Below, one piece after another: positions 57,612 through 64,000 of a stretch of DNA of 64,000 nucleotides (the first letter of the stretch is position 1; each line of letters opens with the position of its first letter). Origin of the DNA: an uncultured Candidatus Saccharibacteria bacterium (lineage in GTDB: Bacteria > Patescibacteriota > CALEFQ01); contig OZ246404.1 in the NCBI GenBank assembly GCA_965230955.1, positions 33,184 through 97,183 on the forward strand. Direction: 5' to 3'. The notes beneath the pieces are model-generated. The model worked only from the letters and a program-made list of their open reading frames with translations, made no database searches and was not told the origin of the DNA. A program made the translations under genes and the position numbers.

Positions 57612-57875
57612 TTAACTTGGTCGAGTCTCTGTCTCCGTTTTCGGGGCGATGACCTTGATCATGATTGGAAAAATGTCCTGTTTGACCTCGAATATAAAAG
57701 CCGGAAATTCCGCTTGCAGGGCGCTGATAATTGCCGGATCGGATACCCGGCAAACGGCTGTAAACATGAAAGTCATGTGTTCTCCGCTGCCGCGTAGAGG
57801 AAAATTCAGGGCCAATCCCCGCGCCATAATTATTATTCCTTCAATGACCGGGTGATAAGGTCTCTCGATACTCAT
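57612..57875 (-). CDS. 87-aa hypothetical protein
   Basis: AAAGGAGGCACAT-ATG RBS on the minus strand. Confidence 0.5.
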   Translation of the reverse strand: MSIERPYHPVIEGIIIMARGLALNFPLRGSGEHMTFMFTAVCRVSDPAIISALQAEFPAFIFEVKQDIFPIMIKVIAPKTETETRPS

Positions 57876-57942
57876 ATGTGCCTCCTTTCGTTACCTCCAT
57901 TTATCCATAATCCTATCTAAATTATCAAGTAAAATCAAAGCT

Positions 57943-59235
57943 ATGACTGTTGATAAAAAAGACCTGCCCAAATCACAAGTGGAATTGCTGATTACCATTC
58001 CCGAAACGGAGTTTGTCAAATATCTCGATCAAGCCGCCGTTAAACTTTCGAAAGAAATGAAAGTCGAAGGTTTCCGCGCCGGCAAAGTGCCGCGATCGAT
58101 CATGGAGCGCGAGCTCGGCGCGGCCAAGATTTTTGAAGAAGCCGTGCGTTTGGCGATTCCGGATACTTTCATCAAGGCGATCGAAGACGGAAAGATCGAG
58201 GCGATCGGCCAGCCGGAAATCGAGCCGCAAAAAGTGGCGAGCGGCAATGAATTTGTCTACAAAGCGCGGGTGGCGGTTTTGCCCAAAATCACGGCGCCTG
58301 ATTTTTCCGGCGTAAAAGTTGCGCGTCGGACGGTAAAAGTTGAAGACGCCGAAGTTGATAAAGTGATAAAAGATTTGCAGAATAGCCGGGCTAAGTTTTT
58401 GACCGTCAAACGGCCAGCGAAAAAAGGTGATCGGGTCGAGGTTGATTTCGAAGCCAAACTGAACAAGGTGACCATCGAAGGCGGAAAGAGTACCAATCAT
58501 CCCGTGATTATCGGGGAAAATAAATTTGTGCCCGGTTTTGAGGATAAATTATTGGGCTTGAAGGCCGACGAATCAAAAAAGTTTTCTCTGATTTTCCCCA
58601 AAGACTATTATCAAACCAAATTGGCTAATCGCGAAGTCGATTTTGACGTAAAATTGAAATTGGTGCAGGAACAGGAATTGCCGGCGCTGGATGATGCCTT
58701 CGCGGCCAGTATCGGTAAATTCAAAACACTGGCGGAATTGAAGCACCAGGTGCGCCATAATTTGGAACATGAAAAGGAACACAAGGAGGAAAATCGTCTG
58801 GAAATGGCGATCGTGACCGAATTGATCAAAAAGACGGAAATGGAATTGCCGGAAGTCTTGGTTAAATCCGAGCAGGATAAAATTGTCGACGAGATGGAGC
58901 AATCCATTAGCCAGCAGGGCGTGCCGTTTGATAAATATTTGGAATCAATCAAAAAGACCCGGGAAGAATTATCCAATGATCAAAAAGATTCGGCGATCAA
59001 GCGAGTCAAGGCCAGCTTGATTTTGCGGGCGATCGCGGGCAAAGAAAAAGTGACGGTCGCGGAAAAGGAATTGGATGACGAGATCAAAAAACTCAAAGAC
59101 GCCTACGGGAAAATGTACCAGGATCAGCCGAAGTTGCTGGAGCATTTTGATACCGAAGATTATCGTCATTACTTGCGCTCGATGATGCTGAATCGAAAAG
59201 TATTTGGGGTTCTGAAGAAAGCCTGCGTTAAGTAA
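57943..59235 (+). CDS. tig: trigger factor
   Basis: N-terminal ribosome-binding GFRAGKVP motif, PPIase middle domain. Confidence 0.95.
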   Translation: MTVDKKDLPKSQVELLITIPETEFVKYLDQAAVKLSKEMKVEGFRAGKVPRSIMERELGAAKIFEEAVRLAIPDTFIKAIEDGKIEAIGQPEIEPQKVASGNEFVYKARVAVLPKITAPDFSGVKVARRTVKVEDAEVDKVIKDLQNSRAKFLTVKRPAKKGDRVEVDFEAKLNKVTIEGGKSTNHPVIIGENKFVPGFEDKLLGLKADESKKFSLIFPKDYYQTKLANREVDFDVKLKLVQEQELPALDDAFAASIGKFKTLAELKHQVRHNLEHEKEHKEENRLEMAIVTELIKKTEMELPEVLVKSEQDKIVDEMEQSISQQGVPFDKYLESIKKTREELSNDQKDSAIKRVKASLILRAIAGKEKVTVAEKELDDEIKKLKDAYGKMYQDQPKLLEHFDTEDYRHYLRSMMLNRKVFGVLKKACVK

Positions 59236-59344
59236 TAAAATCATAAAATTTAAAGGAAATTTAAAGCTAAAAATATAAAGGGCGCTTTGGATTTTTAACT
59301 TCAAATTTCTTTTAAATTTTTGGTTTTAAGCTTTGGATTTTATT

Positions 59345-60199
59345 ATGAACATAGGCGCTCATGTCACTATCGCTAAAGGCCTTGTCGGTTCCGTTGAAGC
59401 GGCGCACGATTTGGGCGCGACGACTTTTCAAATTTTTTCCCGCAATCCTCGCGGGCGCGGTTCCGCTCTGGGAAAATTGACGCCGGAGGCGCTCCAAAAA
59501 GAAGTGAGCCAAGCGACAAAACTGCGGCAGCTTTACGGCATCCGCAGTTTTTATGTGCATACGCCGTACTATACCAACCTGGCTTCGCCCGACGAGCGGA
59601 TTTGGCAGCTTTCCATCCAGTCAATAATTGAAGATCTCGCCCTGACGGAAAAAATCGGGAGCGGCTATTTTGTGATGCATATCGGCCATCACATGGGACA
59701 GGGGATTGAGGCGGGGATAAAACGGGTAGTCGCCGGACTGAAAAAAATAAAACAGCTGGATAACTCAAAGACCAGATTGTTGCTGGAAATTACGGCCGGG
59801 CAGGGGACTGAAGTTGGTAATAATTTCAAAGAGATAGCGGCGATTATTACCGGATCGGGCTGGTCTGATAAAAAAATCGGACTGGTTCTGGATACCGCCC
59901 ACGCTTTCGGCGCCGGATACGATTTACGTGATGAGCGGGGGATCAACAAGATGCTCAGCGAGCTGGATCGGGCCATCGGCCTGGATTATTTGCAACTCAT
60001 TCATTGTAATGACTCGCTGGGTGAATTCGGCTCGCATAAAGACAGGCATGCTCATATTGGGGAAGGAAAAATCGGAATGGCCGGCTTCAAATCGTTGATG
60101 CGCCAACGAGTTTTGCGGAATGAGGATTTTATCGTGGAAACGGCCGGCGATAAGGTCGGCCAAGACATAGAATTGCTGAAAAAAATATCGGCTGCTTGA
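59345..60199 (+). CDS. nfo: endonuclease IV (AP endonuclease family 2)
   Basis: TIM-barrel family-2 pattern: HxxYxxN region, DTAHAF, EN..G...H. Confidence 0.85.
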   Translation: MNIGAHVTIAKGLVGSVEAAHDLGATTFQIFSRNPRGRGSALGKLTPEALQKEVSQATKLRQLYGIRSFYVHTPYYTNLASPDERIWQLSIQSIIEDLALTEKIGSGYFVMHIGHHMGQGIEAGIKRVVAGLKKIKQLDNSKTRLLLEITAGQGTEVGNNFKEIAAIITGSGWSDKKIGLVLDTAHAFGAGYDLRDERGINKMLSELDRAIGLDYLQLIHCNDSLGEFGSHKDRHAHIGEGKIGMAGFKSLMRQRVLRNEDFIVETAGDKVGQDIELLKKISAA

Positions 60200-60339
60200 T
60201 AAAATATTTGATCTGGTGAATCCATTTCGTCTGCCCCAGGCTGACTAAGGTGTGTAAACCTGACTGCCTGCCAGCCATAGTTCGGAGAGCAAAGGCGGCT
60301 CCGAGTGGCAGATGTCCCTTTCCATCAGTACAATTGATT

Positions 60340-60981
60340 ATGGATCTAAAAGAGATAGAAAAAGAAATAGCCGTCTGTACTAAGTGTGGTTTGCATACCG
60401 GCCGAACTCATACGGTCCCGGGTGAAGGGAGTTCGTGCGCGGAGGTGATGTTTATCGGGGAAGGTCCCGGGGAGAAGGAAGATTTGCAGGGACGGCCTTT
60501 TGTCGGGGCGGCGGGAAAATATCTGGCACAGCTTTTGGAAATGATTGGCTGGAAACGCGAGGATGTTTTTATCGCCAACGTGGTCAAGTGCCGCCCTCCC
60601 CAAAACCGCGATCCATTTCCGGAAGAAGTGGAGATTTGCACGACTAATTATTTATTTCGACAAATAGCGGCCATCAAACCGGCGGTGATCGTGACTCTCG
60701 GGCGTCACTCGATGAATCGTTTTATCCCTAATCGTATTATTTCCCGGGATCATGGTAAACCGGTTCGGATAAAAAATCAGGTCTATTATCCGATTTATCA
60801 TCCGGCGGCGGCGCTTTATCGGGGCGGCTTGCGGACTGATATCGAGGCTGATTTTCGTAAACTGCCGGCTCTGGTGAAAAAAGTAAAAACACGGCCCAAA
60901 ATGGGAAAAACCCCGCCCCCTCTTGACAAGATTAATAAAAGTGATAAGATCACACCATCGCAACAGCAACCGTTGTTGTGA
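60340..60981 (+). CDS. family-4 uracil-DNA glycosylase (4Fe-4S)
   Basis: CTKCGLH, GEGPG, GAAGKYL motifs. Confidence 0.85.
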   Translation: MDLKEIEKEIAVCTKCGLHTGRTHTVPGEGSSCAEVMFIGEGPGEKEDLQGRPFVGAAGKYLAQLLEMIGWKREDVFIANVVKCRPPQNRDPFPEEVEICTTNYLFRQIAAIKPAVIVTLGRHSMNRFIPNRIISRDHGKPVRIKNQVYYPIYHPAAALYRGGLRTDIEADFRKLPALVKKVKTRPKMGKTPPPLDKINKSDKITPSQQQPLL

Positions 60982-61286
60982 AGGTGGACAACTCTGCAGC
61001 TCCCTTTTGTGAAAGGAGAGGACAATGAGATTCATGGCTGGAGGTTAAAAATGACAAGGGCAACAGCCCCACTGAACCCGCAAGGCGCCTATCGATTTAT
61101 CGATTAGACACTTGCGGGTCTTTTTTATCTGACGTTAAATACAAAAAACAACCTTAGAAAGGTTGTTTTTATATTGACGCGATAGATTTAACTGATACGC
61201 CGGAAAAGATGTTTTTACGGATCAGCCTAAGGAAGAATCAATATGCCCTTGCGGCACATTGCTTTCATCCTGAGATTGTCGAAGGA

Positions 61287-61363
61287 TGGTGACCTCGAGA
61301 GGATTCGAACCTCTGATCTCCAGCTCCGGAGGCTGGCGCTCTATCCAACTGAGCTACGAGGCC
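61287..61363 (-). tRNA. tRNA-Arg (anticodon CCG)
   Basis: GGCCTCG TA GCTCAGTTGGATAGAGC..CCAGC CT-CCG-GA GCTGG..AGAGGTTCGAATCCTCT CGAGGTC-A-CCA. Confidence 0.9.
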
Positions 61364-61371
61364 CTACTACG

Positions 61372-61440
61372 CTCCTTGTTTCACTCGGAGCTTCGTAGGG
61401 CAGGCTGTGCTGAATTATTACAGCTACCTGCCCTACGAAG
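61372..61440. other. 15-bp perfect hairpin GCTTCGTAGGGCAGG / CCTGCCCTACGAAGC with 23-nt loop
   Basis: seen directly. Confidence 0.8.
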
Positions 61441-61630
61441 CGCGAACGAAGTGAGCGCGAAGTAGGGAGCTACGAGGCCATGACCCCGCCCAGGCGGGGA
61501 AATCAAAATTTAAAAATCAAAGTTTAAAGGAAATACAAAGTTTAAAATCAAAAAATTTGATTTATAATTTTTGATTTCTACTTCTTTTGAACTTTTTATT
61601 TTGAGCTTTAACTTCCGCCGTAGCGGCGGT

Positions 61631-61718
61631 ATGGTGCCTGGGGCGGGACTCGAACCCGCAATCCCGATTAGGGAATCAGATTTTAAGTCTGACGCGTATA
61701 CCAATTCCACCACCCAGG
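61631..61718 (-). tRNA. tRNA-Leu (anticodon TAA), long variable arm
   Basis: GCCTGGG..TCAGA CT-TAA-AA TCTGA..variable arm..GCGGGTTCGAGTCCCGC CCCAGGC-A-CCA. Confidence 0.9.
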
Positions 61719-61723
61719 CGAAC

Positions 61724-61790
61724 TAGTCTTTAGTCATTAGTTCCTAGTCGTTCGGGGCTAAAGACAAAAGACTAATGACTACAGACTGAT
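61724..61790. repeat. family F4 inverted repeat between tRNA-Leu and tRNA-Cys
   Basis: AGTCTTTAGTCATTAGT...AAAGACAAAAGACTAATGACT. Confidence 0.85.
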
Positions 61791-61799
61791 TGGAGGCGT

Positions 61800-61875
61800 G
61801 GGCGGGAGTCGAACCCGCGAATGACGGTTTTGCAAACCGTTGCCTTAGCCACTTGGCTACCACGCCGACTTGCTT
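61800..61875 (-). tRNA. tRNA-Cys (anticodon GCA)
   Basis: GGCGTGG TA GCCAAGTGGCTAAGGC..ACGGT TT-GCA-AA ACCGT..GCGGGTTCGACTCCCGC CCACGCC-T-CCA. Confidence 0.9.
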
Positions 61876-61973
61876 GAGATATGGAAATAATACTAAATAG
61901 ACGGGCTTAAGTCAACGCGCGATTTATCGGATCAAACGAAAAGCCACTCGAACGATTGAGTGGCTTTTCCGAT

Positions 61974-62531
61974 TTACTGGCTCGCGCCAGCAATTTCGAT
62001 TATTTCTACTTTCAGCGGGCGTCGCCCGAAGGCGAAAGCCTCTTTTTTACTAAGTAGGGCAATATCGAAGTGATTACCTTTGATGGCGCCACCGCGGTCT
62101 TCGACACGAAAGATCATATCTGGATCATAGTCTGGCAGACGGATTAAAGTGCCGAATTTGTATTGCGGGGGAGCGGCAATGGTGCCGTAGTGCAGGGTGC
62201 TGCCGGAAGCTGTTCGCCACGGATCGCCGTCGCACTCGTCCACGCTAGGCGTGTAGGCGGTAAAGTTACCGGTCAGAGTTTGGGTAACGCGGATATCTTC
62301 CAAAGGGATGTCACGCAATTCTCCGCGGGCTACCTGCGCCAGGCGGGTCGCTTTACGCTGTTCTTCCAGCGCTTGGCGTTCCTGCTGTTTTTGGAGGGCT
62401 AATTTTTCATACTGCTTTTTGCGCATCAATTGCTTGATCTCGGACAAGGCTTTGCGATTTTCATAGACATTGTAGTCAACTCCGAAATCTTGCGGACCCT
62501 GATTAAGTTCAGCCGCAAAGGCCTGATTCAT
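61974..62531 (-). CDS. 3D-domain (MltA/YuiC-like) cell-wall-binding protein with N-terminal signal and coiled-coil
   Basis: TASGSTLHYGTIAAPP...RVEDRGGAIKGNHFDIAL 3D-domain pattern. Confidence 0.65.
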   Translation of the reverse strand: MNQAFAAELNQGPQDFGVDYNVYENRKALSEIKQLMRKKQYEKLALQKQQERQALEEQRKATRLAQVARGELRDIPLEDIRVTQTLTGNFTAYTPSVDECDGDPWRTASGSTLHYGTIAAPPQYKFGTLIRLPDYDPDMIFRVEDRGGAIKGNHFDIALLSKKEAFAFGRRPLKVEIIEIAGASQ

Positions 62532-63013
62532 GGCAAAAAGAGGAAATTGAAAGTATAGAATGCAGAAAACTGAACCGATGGCAGTTACTAGTTTTCTAAT
62601 ATGTTTGGTGGTCGAACGGCGGATTTACCCTGATCGAAACAATCGGAGTTGAGGGAATCACGTCGTTTCGCTAATGAGCCTCTAAAAAACTCGGTTAGTT
62701 ACAACCGAGCTCTTTTAGAGAACCCGGCATTGTATCATATATAATCTATATTGTCAATAGAAAGGGGGTATTTCCAACAAAAAAAGGCTTATATAAGCCC
62801 AAAAAGCATGATTTAGATTCGCAATCAGCACATTATAGGGCGGGAGTGATATGGCGTCAAGGCAAACACGGCAGAAAAGCTTAAAATTCAAGGCTTAAAA
62901 TCTAATAGAAATTTAAAGTTAAAAGCTTAAAAGAGTTGTTTTAAGCTTTATTTTTTGAATTTCCTTTAGATTTTAAGCTTTTAGCTTTAGATTTTGTGAT
63001 ATACTTCTCCCAT

Positions 63014-64000
63014 ATGCCCTCTTTTCTCATGAGTGAATTTAAGAGCCAGCGCGCATTTCAGGCGATTATTATCGTCTTGTGTCTTTTTTTGATTGCCTTT
63101 TTTGGCTTCAAGACAATGAGCGATCCCGATATCGGATGGCATCTTACGGCCGGTCAAGAGATTCTGGCGCGCGGCGGGATTCCGCAGAGTGATTGGTTTA
63201 CGAATAGTTTTGCCAATTTCGGCTGGATTGACCATGAATGGTTGACCAATATTCTTTTGTTTAAGCTCTATTCACTGGGCGGCCCTTTTTTACTGAGCGT
63301 TTTATTCAGTGGCTTGATGGTTTTTCTTTTTGCTTATCTTGTCCCGAAAACGGTCGACTCGCCTCTACCGGTTTACCAAAATTTAATTATCGGGACGCTG
63401 GGCGCGGGTGTAGTCACATTTTATGTCGGGGTACGCCCGCAATTGCTGACGTTGCTGGGGGTGGCTCTGTTACTAATCATATTCCAAAAATTGCGCCGAA
63501 ATCCGTCTTCGCGAGCGATCTACTGGCTACCGGTTCTCTTTCTGGTTTGGGCTAATCTCCATGCCAGTTTCCCGGTCGGTTTGGGAATTTTTGCTCTCTT
63601 GCTGATTTTCGAAGCCATGAAACGGCGGGTGTTGGATAAGAACGGGGAATTCTGGTTTGCGGAACAAAAAAACACTTTAGTGCCAGCGGTGATCAAAAAA
63701 CTCTGTTTTATTTTCCCGCTGGCGATAGCCGCGACCTTAGTTAATCCCTATTGGTGGCGGATATACGTTGAGATCTATCGGACCCTGTTTGATCGCTATG
63801 GGACGCGCGAGATTATGGAGTGGCTGGCACCGGATATCACCCAGACGTACGGGATGGTTTTTGCCTTTTATCTCTGTTTTTTACTGATCGTGTTTTTCTT
63901 CCGGCGCGCCAAAATTGATCTGACTCAATTTGTTTTGTTTTTGGCTTTCTTGGTGGCGTCGCTGATGAGTCTGCGCCACATTCCTTTATTTGTCATCGTG
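63014..64000 (+). CDS. polytopic membrane protein, partial (continues past the window); possible GT-C-type glycosyltransferase
   Basis: open frame with 8+ TM helices; function inferred only from topology. Confidence 0.4.
   Translation, partial: MPSFLMSEFKSQRAFQAIIIVLCLFLIAFFGFKTMSDPDIGWHLTAGQEILARGGIPQSDWFTNSFANFGWIDHEWLTNILLFKLYSLGGPFLLSVLFSGLMVFLFAYLVPKTVDSPLPVYQNLIIGTLGAGVVTFYVGVRPQLLTLLGVALLLIIFQKLRRNPSSRAIYWLPVLFLVWANLHASFPVGLGIFALLLIFEAMKRRVLDKNGEFWFAEQKNTLVPAVIKKLCFIFPLAIAATLVNPYWWRIYVEIYRTLFDRYGTREIMEWLAPDITQTYGMVFAFYLCFLLIVFFFRRAKIDLTQFVLFLAFLVASLMSLRHIPLFVIV

Noticed and set aside
60652-61035. 127-aa minus-strand ORF
   Set aside because: It is entirely antisense to the well-supported family-4 UDG gene and has no RBS.
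1-64000. CRISPR array
   Set aside because: The many repeats are inverted (palindromic) word arrays without unique spacers of constant length. No cas genes are present.

Overview
This is a compact-genome bacterial window at about 50% GC. The gene set (short IF-2, TrmB-type regulators, type IV pilus genes, RNase Y/YmdB, CdaA/CdaR, membrane pyrophosphatase, small ORFs) fits a Patescibacteria/CPR-like organism. That placement is an inference from gene content only.

Housekeeping content is dense:
- Protein quality control and translation: tilS (5' partial), ftsH, infB-rbfA-nrnA, clpP, tig, nusA.
- Nucleotide signalling and RNA turnover: cdaA-cdaR, rny-ymdB, cca, rnhB.
- Other: gpmI, hup, a K+-independent-type H+-pyrophosphatase (HppA), nfo, a family-4 UDG.

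A long minus-strand locus runs 4743..15413. It pairs a PAS histidine kinase and a CheY-like receiver with pilB, pilC, three prepilin-like genes and pilM, pilN, pilO.

Six tRNAs are readable, all on the minus strand: Arg-CCT, Gly-TCC, Pro-TGG, Arg-CCG, Leu-TAA and Cys-GCA.

Most intergenic spacers carry long inverted repeats built from short tandem 'words'. There are at least seven families. Some sit between cistrons and some in 5' UTRs.

Two regions look accessory.
- 32.1-34.7 kb: a cassette array of paralogous N-terminally anchored small proteins. Each has its own duplicated terminator-promoter-RBS module.
- 46.6-49.9 kb: a tRNA-Pro-adjacent mosaic island. It has duplicated about 170-bp repeat units and an operator-like palindrome TTTTGTGTGA..CACAAAA in four copies. 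It also holds three copies of a gene for a roughly 50-aa acidic protein, a HEPN-motif protein, a GIY-YIG nuclease and a VOC/glyoxalase protein.

No CRISPR array, integrase or transposase was seen.
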